Below, in pieces: positions 34,828-44,847 of a DNA stretch of 64,000 bases (the first letter of the stretch is position 1; every line of letters begins with the position of its first letter). A program made the position numbers and the translations under genes. Location: positions 3,081 through 67,080 of the forward strand of contig CAZKCU010000002.1 of the NCBI GenBank assembly GCA_964551595.1, given 5' to 3'. Origin of the DNA: an uncultured Candidatus Saccharibacteria bacterium (lineage in GTDB: Bacteria; Patescibacteriota; Minisyncoccia; Minisyncoccales; CAZKCU01). The notes beneath the pieces are model-generated. The model ran no database searches, was not told the DNA's origin, and saw only the letters and a program-made list of their open reading frames with translations.

Positions 34828-36093
34828 ATGGCTGAAAAATTTATAATTGAAGGTAAAAAACCTCTTGAAGGAGAGATTGAGGTGAGGGGCTCTAAAAATG
34901 CGGCCGGAGCCCTTTTGGCTGCCACTTTACTTACTGATGAAGAATGCCTAATTGATAATCTTCCTCGAATTTCTGATATTTTTAATCTGCTGGAAATTTT
35001 GAAAGAAATGAGAGCAAATGTAGAGTGGATTAATGAAAGGAAGGTTAGAATTAAAGCCGGAGGGAAAGTTGACCCGGAAAAAATAGATTTTGAGAAGATT
35101 TCTAAAGCTCGAATTTCTGTACTTTTAATTGGCGCTCTTTTGCCAAGATTTAAAGAATTTAAGATTTCCAGACCGGGGGGAGATAGAATTGGATTAAGAC
35201 CAATTAGTACTCATTTACAAGCCCTCAAACAATTAGGAGTTGAAATTAAAGAAACTGGTGATTTTTACTATTTTAAATCAACCGGTCTTCGCGGAAAAGA
35301 AATCGTTTTACCGGAATTTAGCGTTACCGCAACTGAAAATTTAATGATGGCAGCTACCTTATCCGAAGGCGAAACCATAATAAAAGGAGCAGCCTGCGAG
35401 CCTCATGTTCAGGATTTGTCTAAAATGTTAAATAGTATGGGTGGAAATATAAAAGGAATAGGGACTCATACCTTGAGAATCCAAGGAGCGAAAAAACTAA
35501 AAGGGACAGTTCACAAAACTATTCCTGATTACCTTGAAGCCGGCACATTTATTATTATGGGAGCTAGCTGTGGCAAAAAACTTAAAGTAGATAACATAGT
35601 ATCTGGACATTTAGATCTTTTTTTAGCCAAATTGAAAGAAGTAGGAGTTGAATTCAGAAGAATAGATGACTCAATTGAAGTTTTGGGGGGAGGAGATTTA
35701 AAGTCAGCTCGAGTTCAAGCTCTTCCTTATCCTGGTTTCCCAACTGACTTATTGCCGATTATTGTTCCTCTTTTGACCCAGGCAAAAGGCAAAAGTTTAA
35801 TCCATGACCCCTTATATCCGAATAGATTTAGTTATGTGGATGAATTAAGGAAAATGGGGGCTGATATTGAAATAGTTGACCCACATCGAGCTTTTGTTTT
35901 CGGCAAAACTCCTCTGAAAGGATTTAGAATTGAATCATGGGATATAAGAGCTGGAGCGGCTCTGGTTTTAGCTGGGCTTTTAGCTCGAGGCAAGACTATA
36001 ATTGAGAATGTGGAGCAAATTGATAGAGGATATGAGAGAATAGAGGAGAGACTCCAAAAGTTAGGAGCAAACATAAAACGAGTAAGTGTTTAA
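34828..36093 (+). CDS. murA: UDP-N-acetylglucosamine 1-carboxyvinyltransferase
   Basis: G.I.V.GSKNAAGALLAATLL; full-length EPSP-synthase-fold protein of MurA type. Confidence 0.95.
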   Translation: MAEKFIIEGKKPLEGEIEVRGSKNAAGALLAATLLTDEECLIDNLPRISDIFNLLEILKEMRANVEWINERKVRIKAGGKVDPEKIDFEKISKARISVLLIGALLPRFKEFKISRPGGDRIGLRPISTHLQALKQLGVEIKETGDFYYFKSTGLRGKEIVLPEFSVTATENLMMAATLSEGETIIKGAACEPHVQDLSKMLNSMGGNIKGIGTHTLRIQGAKKLKGTVHKTIPDYLEAGTFIIMGASCGKKLKVDNIVSGHLDLFLAKLKEVGVEFRRIDDSIEVLGGGDLKSARVQALPYPGFPTDLLPIIVPLLTQAKGKSLIHDPLYPNRFSYVDELRKMGADIEIVDPHRAFVFGKTPLKGFRIESWDIRAGAALVLAGLLARGKTIIENVEQIDRGYERIEERLQKLGANIKRVSV

Positions 36094-36101
36094 AAATAAA
36101 C

Positions 36102-36310
36102 AACCCAAATCGGAGAGGGGTCGGGAGAACCCTTCGGTTCTCCCGTGTAGGAAAAGATTAAAAACAGAGGGTTTTACAAACCAGTCGTCGCTCCGCGCCT
36201 CCTTGTAATTGCTTCGCAATTAAGAAAGAGCAAGCCCGAAGCGAGGCCAAAGACCGAGCGCTGGAGCGAAAGCTCCAGAGAGGGCGAGCGACTAACTTGG
36301 TATTACCACT
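36102..36310 (+). repeat. family A structured element, copy 5 (murA|mreB gap)
   Basis: Long form with the 5' module, the core box, the CTGGAGC-GAAA-GCTCCAG hairpin (36261-36278) and the 3' module ...GGTATTACCACT-ATG. Confidence 0.9.
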
Positions 36311-37318
36311 ATGTTCGTCACAAAAATCGGCATCGATCTTGGAACCTGTAATTCATTAGTTTTTATCCCTGGTAAAGGGGTGGTTTTAGAAGAACCTTCA
36401 GTGGTAGCGGTGACTCTTTCCGAAAATAAAATTTTAGCAGTGGGAGCTGAAGCTAAAGAGATGACTGGCCGGACTCCTGATACTATCAGAGTTTACCGCC
36501 CCCTAAAAGATGGAGTTATTGCTGAATACCGAATTACTGAGGCCATGTTGAGATATTTTATTACCAAGACAAGTGGTAAGTTCCGGCTTTTCAAGCCTGA
36601 GTTAATAATTGGAGTACCGGCCGGTATTACCTCCACTGAAAGAAGGGCGGTAATTGAAGCTGGTCTTGCTGCTGGAGCTAAGGCTGTCTATGTGGCAAAA
36701 GAGCCAATTTTAGCAGCCATTGGGGCCGGTATTCCTATTAATTCTTGTTCCGGACATATAATTATTGACATTGGCGGTGGGACATCCGAGGTGGCGGTAA
36801 TTTCTCTTGGAGGAATAGTTGCCTCTAATTCAGTAAGGACTGCCGGTGACAAAATGGATTCGGCAATCGCAGATTATATTAAGAAAAAATATAATTTAGC
36901 CATAGGTTCCCAGACTGCCGAGGAAATAAAAATAAAAATCGGCACCGCCTCAACCGAGGAAGAGGAAAGATATTTGGAAATTCGGGGGAGGGATTTAATT
37001 TTAGGGTTACCACGAACGATTAAAATTTCTTCTAATGAGGTCTGCGAAGCAGTTTCTGATGTCTTGACTGAAATTATTCAGGTAGTTAAACAAGTTCTAA
37101 GAGACACTCCGCCTGAGTTATCTGCTGATATTATGGACAAAGGAATGATTCTTTCAGGAGGTGGAGCCTTGCTTAGAAATATTGATGAGATGGTAGCCCA
37201 GGCAACCGGGATACCCTGTTTTATAGCTGAGGAACCTTTGTTATGCGTGGCTAAGGGAACAGGAATCGTCTTGGAAAACTTAGATGTATATAAAAAGAGC
37301 ATAATGTCAAAAAAATAA
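36311..37318 (+). CDS. mreB: rod-shape protein MreB (paralog 1)
   Basis: IGIDLGTCNSLV, EPSVVA, IIDIGGGTSEVAVISLGG. Confidence 0.93.
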   Translation: MFVTKIGIDLGTCNSLVFIPGKGVVLEEPSVVAVTLSENKILAVGAEAKEMTGRTPDTIRVYRPLKDGVIAEYRITEAMLRYFITKTSGKFRLFKPELIIGVPAGITSTERRAVIEAGLAAGAKAVYVAKEPILAAIGAGIPINSCSGHIIIDIGGGTSEVAVISLGGIVASNSVRTAGDKMDSAIADYIKKKYNLAIGSQTAEEIKIKIGTASTEEEERYLEIRGRDLILGLPRTIKISSNEVCEAVSDVLTEIIQVVKQVLRDTPPELSADIMDKGMILSGGGALLRNIDEMVAQATGIPCFIAEEPLLCVAKGTGIVLENLDVYKKSIMSKK

Positions 37319-37320
37319 AC

Positions 37321-37395
37321 GCGATACTAATATGCTAATACATACTAATGATACTAATAAAATTCGTATAATTAGTATCAATTCGTATATTGGCA
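37321..37395. repeat. AT-rich palindrome from ATACTAAT/ATTAGTAT and ATTCGTAT units
   Basis: GATACTAATATGCTAATACATACTAATGATACTAAT...ATTCGTATAATTAGTATCAATTCGTATAT. Confidence 0.65.
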
Positions 37396-37402
37396 TCGAT
37401 TT

Positions 37403-38293
37403 ATGTTGATTGGTCACCAAAAACAATGGCAATTTTTGAGAAAATCCGCAGAAATTGGAAGAACTTCCCATGCTTATTTATTTGTTGGTCAAGCCCAATT
37501 AGGGAAAAAAACTTTAGCTATTGAATTTGTTGAAAGGCTTTTTAATGAGGATATCCAGACAAGACAACATCCTGATTTTATTTTTGTCGAGCCCCAAAAA
37601 GGTGAAATCCAAATTTCTCAGATTAGAGAATTTATCCGGAGGTTGTCTTTCAAGCCCTTAATATCTTCTTTCAAAGCAGCAATTATAGATCAGGCTCATT
37701 GTATGAATCAGGAAGCTCAGAACTGTCTTTTAAAAACCCTTGAGGAACCAAAAGGCAGAGCCATTTTAATTTTAATAACTGAATATCCGGAAATATTGTT
37801 TCCGACCATCCTCTCAAGATGCGAAATCATAAAATTCTATCCGGTGAAGAAAATAGAGATTAAAAAATATTTAGAAAGCCAAGGAATTCCCAAAAAAGAA
37901 ATTGAAGAATTAGTCCGTTCTTCTATGGGGAGGCCGGGAGTAGCCATAGATTTTATTTCTGACTCTCGGAAATTAGAAAATCAAAGAAAAGCAATAAAAG
38001 ATTTAATTAAATTTTCAAATTCAGAATTATCCACTCGTTTTCAATATGCCAAAGATTTGTCTCAAGACCCTCAGAGCTTAAGAAAAATTTTAGATATTTG
38101 GCTGAGATGTTTTAGAAATGTTTTGCTGGCTCAAAGTGCAGGTCAAAAGCCTTCAAACGGCCTTCAATTTAATAATTACTCTTCCTCCAGAATAAGAAAA
38201 ATTCTTAAACTTATTCAAAAAATAAATTTTTTAATTAAAAAGACCAATGTCAATCCAAGACTGGCTTTGGAAATATTAGCGATACAATTATAA
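37403..38293 (+). CDS. holB: DNA polymerase III delta' subunit
   Basis: SHAYLFVGQAQLGKKTLA and SRCEIIKF (sensor-1-like) motifs. Confidence 0.85.
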   Translation: MLIGHQKQWQFLRKSAEIGRTSHAYLFVGQAQLGKKTLAIEFVERLFNEDIQTRQHPDFIFVEPQKGEIQISQIREFIRRLSFKPLISSFKAAIIDQAHCMNQEAQNCLLKTLEEPKGRAILILITEYPEILFPTILSRCEIIKFYPVKKIEIKKYLESQGIPKKEIEELVRSSMGRPGVAIDFISDSRKLENQRKAIKDLIKFSNSELSTRFQYAKDLSQDPQSLRKILDIWLRCFRNVLLAQSAGQKPSNGLQFNNYSSSRIRKILKLIQKINFLIKKTNVNPRLALEILAIQL

Positions 38294-38303
38294 ATTTGAG
38301 AAA

Positions 38304-38864
38304 GTGAACATGCATAAAGAAATTATTAACAAAATCAAACCCGAACTCGACAAAACCATTAATTTTTTAGATAGGGAATTAGCTAAAATTCGAACCGGAC
38401 GGGTTTCAACCTCCTTGGTTGAAGATTTAATGGTTGATTACTACGGAAAAAAAACTCCCTTAAAACAACTATCTTCAGTTTCAACTTCTGGTCCCAGAAC
38501 TCTTTGCATTCAACCCTGGGACCAATCAATTCTTCTAAATATTGAAAAAGCCATCTTGGAATCAAATTTGGGTATAAATCCAATTGTTGAAAAAGATTTA
38601 ATTAGACTTTCTTTTCCTCCTCTAAGCGAAGAATATCGAAAGAATCTTCTCCGGGTTTTAAACGAAAAATTAGAAGCAGCTCGTTTGACTTTCAGGCGCT
38701 GGAGAGAGGAAGCCTGGCGCCAGATTCAAGAGGGGTTTAGGCAGGGAAAAATTCGAGAAGATGATAAATTTCGGGCAAAAGACGAACTTCAAGAATTGAT
38801 TGCTGAGTACAATGAAAAGATTAAAAAGATTGAGGAGAGAAAAAAGAAGGAGATAATGGAGTAA
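38304..38864 (+). CDS. frr: ribosome recycling factor
   Basis: L..IRTGR.S..L.E.L.V.YYG..TPL.Q. The start may be the GTG at 38304 or the ATG at 38310. Confidence 0.93.
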   Translation: MNMHKEIINKIKPELDKTINFLDRELAKIRTGRVSTSLVEDLMVDYYGKKTPLKQLSSVSTSGPRTLCIQPWDQSILLNIEKAILESNLGINPIVEKDLIRLSFPPLSEEYRKNLLRVLNEKLEAARLTFRRWREEAWRQIQEGFRQGKIREDDKFRAKDELQELIAEYNEKIKKIEERKKKEIME

Positions 38865-38868
38865 AAAT

Positions 38869-39984
38869 ATGATTCTCACAATTTTTATTGCTTTTATCAG
38901 TCTAATAGGTTTAATAATTTTACATGAGTTTGGCCATTTTATTTTAGCCAAGCGCTTTGGAGTGAAAGTTGAGGAATTTGGAATTGGCTATCCTCCTAGA
39001 TTATTTGGGAAAAGAATTGGCGAGACGATTTATTCTTTAAATCTTTTACCTTTTGGAGCATTTGTTAAAATTTATGGAGAGGAAGGCGGAATTGAGCACG
39101 AGCGAAGTTTTTCTCAAAAACCAATCTGGCAGAGAGTTTTTATTGTTTTAGGTGGAGTGGTTAGTTTTTGGATAATTTCAGCAATTTTGTTAAGCATCGT
39201 GATGAGTTTGGGAGTGCCGACCGCTATTTCTGATGAAGAAAATGGTGAATTGATAAATCCGAGAGTTCAGATTGCCGCTGTCGCTCCAGGCTCGCCGGCT
39301 GAGAAAGCTAACTTGGAAGTTGGTGATACGATAAAAAAATTAACAATTGACCCCGAAAAGAAATCAGAGATTTCTAACGAGGCAAGCGGCCAGCAATTAA
39401 TAATCAATAAGGTAAAAGAAGTTCAAGAATTTACAAATTTACATAAAGGAGAAGAGATAACTTTAATGATTGAAAGAGGGAAAGAAGTTTTTGATGTTTC
39501 TTTAGTTCCGAGAGTTTCACCGCCAGCCAGAGAGGGGGCAATGGGAGTAGCTTTAGTCCGGACAGCGATTAAAAGTTATCCCTGGTACAAAGCTCCCTTT
39601 CAAGGAATTTTGGCTACTGGGAATTTAACAATAGCAGTAATTCAGGGTTGGGCTCAGGCCTTAGGCAATCTAATAAAGGGATTACCAACCGGAGTTCAAT
39701 TAATGGGGCCGGTAGGAATTTTTTCTTTATTTACCCAGGTTAGTCAATTGGGAGTAATTTATTTTTTACAATTTATTGCCATTATTTCTATTTATTTTGC
39801 TTTGTTCAACATTTTACCAATTCCAGCTTTAGATGGAGGAAAACTTTTATTTTTAGGAATTGAAGCAGTAAGAAGAAAACCAGTTTCTCAAAAAATTGAA
39901 CAAAATATAACTTTTGCTTTCTTTATGATATTGATTGTTCTAATGGTTTTGGTAACAATAAAAGATATCACCAGATTATTTTAA
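38869..39984 (+). CDS. RseP-type M50 site-2 protease with PDZ domain
   Basis: HEFGHF zinc motif, a central PDZ (PGSPAEKANLEVGDTI) and NILPIPALDGG. Confidence 0.9.
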   Translation: MILTIFIAFISLIGLIILHEFGHFILAKRFGVKVEEFGIGYPPRLFGKRIGETIYSLNLLPFGAFVKIYGEEGGIEHERSFSQKPIWQRVFIVLGGVVSFWIISAILLSIVMSLGVPTAISDEENGELINPRVQIAAVAPGSPAEKANLEVGDTIKKLTIDPEKKSEISNEASGQQLIINKVKEVQEFTNLHKGEEITLMIERGKEVFDVSLVPRVSPPAREGAMGVALVRTAIKSYPWYKAPFQGILATGNLTIAVIQGWAQALGNLIKGLPTGVQLMGPVGIFSLFTQVSQLGVIYFLQFIAIISIYFALFNILPIPALDGGKLLFLGIEAVRRKPVSQKIEQNITFAFFMILIVLMVLVTIKDITRLF

Positions 39985-39988
39985 ATAT

Positions 39989-41431
39989 ATGAAAAAAAAG
40001 TTCGAAAAAGAACAACTTATTAAAAAATCAAAAGATTTTTCTCAATGGTATGTTGACGTAATATTAAAAGCGGGATTAGCTGATTATGCTCCAGTCAAAG
40101 GATGCCAAATCTTCAAACCTTATGGTTATGCTATTTGGGAAAATATTCAGAAAGTTTTAGATGAGCAGATTAAGAGAGCCGGGGTTAAAAGTGCCTATTT
40201 TCCTCTTTTTATTCCAGAAAAATTTTTAAAAAGAGAAAGAGCTCATATCAAAGGATTTTCACCAGAATTAGCAATAGTGACAATTGGTGGAGGGAAAAAA
40301 CTGAAAGAAAAACTTGTTCTTAGGCCAACATCGGAGACGATTATATATGAGATGTTTGCTAAATGGATAAAATCTTGGAGAGATTTACCAGTTTTAATAA
40401 ATCAATGGTGTAATGTTATTCGCTGGGAAATGAGAACCCATTTGTTTTTAAGAACAACTGAATTTTTATGGCAAGAAGCTCACACTGTTCATGAAACCCA
40501 TGAAGAATCTCTGACAGAAGTAATGAGGGCTTTAAATAATTATGTTAAACTTTACCAAGATTTTTTTGCGATCAATGGAATTTGGGGTAAAAAGTCCGAA
40601 GCTGAGAAATTTCCCGGAGCAAAAGACACTTATGCTTACGAAATGTTAATGCCCGATGGTAAAGCTCTTCAAGGATGTACTTCTCATGATTTGGGTCAGA
40701 ATTTTGCTAAAGTATTTAATATTAAATTTTTAGGAAGAGATGGAAAAGAAAAAATACCTTGGCAAACCTCTTGGGGTTTATCTACCAGAAGTATTGGAGC
40801 CTTGATTATGGTTCATGGCGATGATTCCGGACTGGTAATTCCTCCAAAATTAGCTCCAATTCAAGTTATTGTCATTCCGATCTTTCAAGGTAAATCAAGT
40901 GATAAAGATTTACAAAAGAGATCAGAAGACCTTAAAGATATCTTAAAAGATTTTAGGGTTGAGACTGATAATAAAAAAGAATATTCAGTAGGGTGGAAAT
41001 TTAATGAGTGGGAATTAAAAGGAGTGCCTTTAAGAATTGAAATTGGGCAGAGAGAAATAAAAGAAGGGAAATTAAAGTTAGTTAGAAGAGATAATGGTAA
41101 AGAATATTATGCTTCTTTTAGTTCTTTGAGCTCTAAAGTAAAAAAGGTTTTAGATTTAATTCAAAAAAGTTTATTTGAAAAAAGCAGCCAATATCTTAAA
41201 AAAAATACAAGACAAACTTTTAATTATAGAGAATTTAAAGATATAATGAGTAGAAACAGAGGTTTTTTGAAAGCTTTTTGGTGCGAAAATTCTAAATGTG
41301 AAGCGAAAATAAAAGAGGAAACCAAAGCAACTATTAGATGTTTACCCCTTGATGCTCCACAAAAACAGGGAAAATGTATTTACTGCGGAAAGAAAGCCAA
41401 GAGACAGTGGATTTTCGCCCAGGCCTATTAA
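39989..41431 (+). CDS. proS: prolyl-tRNA synthetase, archaeal/eukaryote-like type (480 aa)
   Basis: FSQWY.DV...A.L.DY.PVKGC.I..P.GY.IWE, a C-terminal Zn-binding domain ending ...AY, and no bacterial INS domain. Confidence 0.93.
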   Translation: MKKKFEKEQLIKKSKDFSQWYVDVILKAGLADYAPVKGCQIFKPYGYAIWENIQKVLDEQIKRAGVKSAYFPLFIPEKFLKRERAHIKGFSPELAIVTIGGGKKLKEKLVLRPTSETIIYEMFAKWIKSWRDLPVLINQWCNVIRWEMRTHLFLRTTEFLWQEAHTVHETHEESLTEVMRALNNYVKLYQDFFAINGIWGKKSEAEKFPGAKDTYAYEMLMPDGKALQGCTSHDLGQNFAKVFNIKFLGRDGKEKIPWQTSWGLSTRSIGALIMVHGDDSGLVIPPKLAPIQVIVIPIFQGKSSDKDLQKRSEDLKDILKDFRVETDNKKEYSVGWKFNEWELKGVPLRIEIGQREIKEGKLKLVRRDNGKEYYASFSSLSSKVKKVLDLIQKSLFEKSSQYLKKNTRQTFNYREFKDIMSRNRGFLKAFWCENSKCEAKIKEETKATIRCLPLDAPQKQGKCIYCGKKAKRQWIFAQAY

Positions 41432-41451
41432 TAAATTATTAATTAATTACT

Positions 41452-42504
41452 ATGTTAAATAAAATTTGGAGGACATTTTTTCAAGACATTGCCATTGATT
41501 TGGGAACAGCCAATTCTCTTGTTTATGTCAGAGGCCGGGGGATTGTGATTGCAGAACCTTCGGTAGTAGCTATAAACCGAAAAACTGGTCAAATTTTAGC
41601 CATAGGAGAAGAGGCTCGAAAGATGGTTGGTCGAACTCCGGCTCATATTGTAGCTACCCGGCCTTTGGTTTCAGGAGTAATTTCTGATTTTGATGTTACT
41701 GAACAAATGTTGAGATATTTTATTGAAAAAGTTCATAAAAGAAAATTTATCCTCAGTCCCAGGCCTCGAGTAATTATTGGTATTCCTTGCGGGGTAACTG
41801 AGGTGGAAAAAAAGGCAGTTGAAGATGCGGCAAAAAATGCTGGAGCAAGAGAAGTCTATTTAATTGAACAACCGATGGCAGCTGCTATCGGCGCTCGGCT
41901 CCCGGTTCAAGATGCCGGAGGTAATTTTATTGTTGACATTGGAGGAGGAACAACTGAAGTAGCAGTAATTTCTTTAGGGGGAATAGTTATTGCCAAAAGC
42001 CTGAGAACTGCCGGAGATAAACTTAATGAAGACATAATTCAATTTGCTCAAGAAGAATATAAGTTATTAATTGGAGAAAGAACGGCCGAGGAAATTAAAA
42101 TTAACATTGGTTCTGCCTATCCGCTCAAAGAAAAAAAAGAAATGCCTCTTCGGGGAAGAAATTTAGTTACAGGTCTCCCTGAAGAAATTTTAGTCTCTGA
42201 CGAAGATATTAGAAGGGCTTTAAAAAAATCGGTTAGCCAGATTATTGCAGCCATAAAAACTACAGTCGAGGAAACTCCTCCAGAACTTCTTGCTGATGTT
42301 ATGGCAAGCGGTATTTATCTTGCTGGCGGCGGTAGTCTCTTGCGGGGGTTGGATATCCTGGTTGCAAAAGAGACAAAAATTCCTGCCAAAATCGTTGATG
42401 ATCCTCTGACAGCGATGGTTAGGGGAGGAGGGTTGGTTTTAGAGAATCTTGATGAATTACATGAGGTGTTGGTAGAGACAGAGTATTTAGAATCACCAAA
42501 ATAA
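41452..42504 (+). CDS. mreB: rod-shape protein MreB (paralog 2)
   Basis: IAIDLGTANSLVYV, EPSVVAI, IVDIGGGTTEVAVISLGG. Confidence 0.93.
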   Translation: MLNKIWRTFFQDIAIDLGTANSLVYVRGRGIVIAEPSVVAINRKTGQILAIGEEARKMVGRTPAHIVATRPLVSGVISDFDVTEQMLRYFIEKVHKRKFILSPRPRVIIGIPCGVTEVEKKAVEDAAKNAGAREVYLIEQPMAAAIGARLPVQDAGGNFIVDIGGGTTEVAVISLGGIVIAKSLRTAGDKLNEDIIQFAQEEYKLLIGERTAEEIKINIGSAYPLKEKKEMPLRGRNLVTGLPEEILVSDEDIRRALKKSVSQIIAAIKTTVEETPPELLADVMASGIYLAGGGSLLRGLDILVAKETKIPAKIVDDPLTAMVRGGGLVLENLDELHEVLVETEYLESPK

Positions 42505-42514
42505 CCGCGATTCT

Positions 42515-42802
42515 ATGATTTCCAAACAAGAAGTTGAACATATTGCCAAACTTGCCAGAATTGGCATAACCAAAAAGGAAGAAGAAAAGTTTACCAGGGA
42601 GCTTTCTTTGATTTTGAATTATGTGGAAAAATTAAAAGAAGTTGATATTTCAAAAACTCTACCAACCAGCCACTCAATTAAAATCGAAAATGTAATGAGA
42701 AAAGATAAAAGTCCAAAGTCCAAAGTCCAAAGTCCAAAGTTATTGAAGTTAGCGCCCGAGACTAAAAACGGCTATTTAAAAGTAAAATCTATTTTCAAAT
42801 AA
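42515..42802 (+). CDS. gatC: Asp/Glu-tRNA amidotransferase subunit C
   Basis: V.HIAKLARI.....E...F...L..IL.YVE.L.EVD. It contains a 4x GTCCAAA tandem repeat at 42711-42738. Confidence 0.9.
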   Translation: MISKQEVEHIAKLARIGITKKEEEKFTRELSLILNYVEKLKEVDISKTLPTSHSIKIENVMRKDKSPKSKVQSPKLLKLAPETKNGYLKVKSIFK

Positions 42803-42854
42803 AAGTTGGACAAAAGTATACCGTTATGTAGCAGCATACTTTTGCACTAAATCT

Positions 42855-44273
42855 GTGGAATTAAAAAATTTAACAATAAAAGAAATTCATGATAGTTTAT
42901 TGAAAAAAGAGTTTTCAGCCTTTGAACTCTGTAAAATTCATTTAGAGAAAATCAAAAAAGAAGACAAAAAATTCCGAGCTTTTTTAACTATAAGCAAAGA
43001 TTTAGCAATTAATCAGGCAAAGGGAATTGACGAAATGATTTCTCAAGGAAGAGAGACCTCAATTCTGGCCGGTATTCCCCTGGCAGTTAAAGATAATATT
43101 TTAGTTGAAAATATTAAATGCACGGCTGGCTCAAAAATTCTGGAAAATTATATTGCCCCTTATGATGCCACTGTCATAAAAAAACTTAAAGAAATTGGGG
43201 CAGTAATTTTAGGAAAGACAAATATGGATGAATTTGCCATGGGTTCTTCGACTGAAAACTCAGCTTTTGGCTCTACCCGTAATCCCCATGATTTGACCCG
43301 GGTCCCTGGAGGCTCTTCTGGGGGATCGGCAGCTGCTGTCTGTGCCAATCTTTGTTGCTATGCTTTAGGTTCTGATACAGGAGGATCTATTCGTTTACCA
43401 GCTTCTTTTTGCGGAGTAGTTGGACTAAAACCAACCTATGGAGCAGTTTCTCGTTATGGCTTGATTTCTATGGCTTCTTCCTTAGACCAGATAGGGACTA
43501 TTACTAAAACAGTCAAAGATGCTAAAATAGTTTTTGATGCAATCTCGGGAAAAGACCCATTAGATTCGACTTCGGTCGAATCTAAAATTGCAGGTTCCAA
43601 ATTCCAAATTCCAAATTTACGCATTGGAATTCCTAAAGAATATTTTATTAAAGGAATGGATGCTGAGGTGGAGAGAATAATAAAAGAGGCAATTAAAAAA
43701 ATTGAAGCTCTGGGAACGAAAATTGAAGAAATAAGCTTACCTCACACCGAATATGCTCTTGCCACTTATTATTTAGTGATGCCTTCTGAAGCCTCGGCTA
43801 ATTTAGCGAGATACGATGGAATAAAATATGGATATTTCCCGGAGGAGACAGATAGTTTATTAGATGTTTATTTAAAATCAAGGGAAAAAGGTTTAGGCCC
43901 AGAGGTGAGACGCCGAATTATGCTCGGAACCTATGCTTTATCTGCAGGTTTCTATGAAGCTTATTATTTAAGAGCTCAAAAAGTTCGGACTAAGATTTTA
44001 GAAGATTTTAATAAGGCTTTTGAGATGGTTGACCTTATTTTGACTCCTACTTCGGCAGCTCCGGCTTTTAAGATTGGAGAAAAAATTACCAATCCCTTGA
44101 CAATGTATCTATCTGATATTTTTACTGTTTCAGTAAATTTAGCCGGATTACCCGCTCTTTCTCTGCCTTGCGGTAAAACTCATGGTCTTCCGGTAGGGCT
44201 CCAAATCATTGGAAAGGCTTTTGAGGAAAACAAAATTTTAGAGTTTGGGGAAGTTTTTGAAAAATTATGTTAG
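42855..44273 (+). CDS. gatA: Asp/Glu-tRNA amidotransferase subunit A
   Basis: Amidase signature GGSSGGSAAAV...GSDTGGSIR; GTG start. Confidence 0.95.
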   Translation: MELKNLTIKEIHDSLLKKEFSAFELCKIHLEKIKKEDKKFRAFLTISKDLAINQAKGIDEMISQGRETSILAGIPLAVKDNILVENIKCTAGSKILENYIAPYDATVIKKLKEIGAVILGKTNMDEFAMGSSTENSAFGSTRNPHDLTRVPGGSSGGSAAAVCANLCCYALGSDTGGSIRLPASFCGVVGLKPTYGAVSRYGLISMASSLDQIGTITKTVKDAKIVFDAISGKDPLDSTSVESKIAGSKFQIPNLRIGIPKEYFIKGMDAEVERIIKEAIKKIEALGTKIEEISLPHTEYALATYYLVMPSEASANLARYDGIKYGYFPEETDSLLDVYLKSREKGLGPEVRRRIMLGTYALSAGFYEAYYLRAQKVRTKILEDFNKAFEMVDLILTPTSAAPAFKIGEKITNPLTMYLSDIFTVSVNLAGLPALSLPCGKTHGLPVGLQIIGKAFEENKILEFGEVFEKLC

Positions 44274-44773
44274 AGAATTTAATTTATTTAAAATTCATTA
44301 CCCCGGGAATTTTGCTCTCCCTAAAAATTCTTTTTATAGTTATTTCTTTGTTTTTACTTGTTATTATTTTTCATTCTCTTAGAAAAAGTAGCTGGCTAAA
44401 ATATAGATTTTTGCAAGATATGGTAGAGATTTTAACTTACCGGCCTTATGGAATAAAAAAAATGGCCAAAATTTGGTCAAAGATTAAGGGAAGATTAGAA
44501 CTTGGCGCTGAATCAGAATATAAGCTGGCAGTGATTGAGGCAGATAGTATGTTGAACGACGTCCTGGAAAGAATGGGTTTTAAGGGAGAGATCCTGGGAG
44601 ATAGGTTAAAGCAGGTGACCACAGATATCCTTCCAAACGTTGAAGAAAGCCGGGAAGCTCATGAGGTTCGCAACAATATTGTCTATGACCCGGATTACAA
44701 GTTAACCTTAGACCAGGCCCAAAAAGTATTGAAAATTTATGAACAGGCCCTTCAGGATTTACAGGTATTTTAG
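44267..44773 (+). CDS. hypothetical membrane-anchored protein
   Basis: N-terminal TM followed by a helical soluble domain; no recognisable motif. Confidence 0.6.
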   Translation: MLENLIYLKFITPGILLSLKILFIVISLFLLVIIFHSLRKSSWLKYRFLQDMVEILTYRPYGIKKMAKIWSKIKGRLELGAESEYKLAVIEADSMLNDVLERMGFKGEILGDRLKQVTTDILPNVEESREAHEVRNNIVYDPDYKLTLDQAQKVLKIYEQALQDLQVF

Positions 44774-44780
44774 GGTTTGA

Positions 44781-44847
44781 CCCCGTAGAGAAATTTTAAA
44801 AAAATAAATTAATTCGAGCGAAGCTCATTCAAAATTCTTCTACGAGG
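44781..44847. mobile_element. 67-bp MITE-like palindromic element, family D copy 1, flanked by TTGA/TTGA
   Basis: Termini CCCCGTAGAGAAATTTT...AAAATTCTTCTACGAGG. TTGA lies at 44777-44780 and at 44848-44851. Confidence 0.6.
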
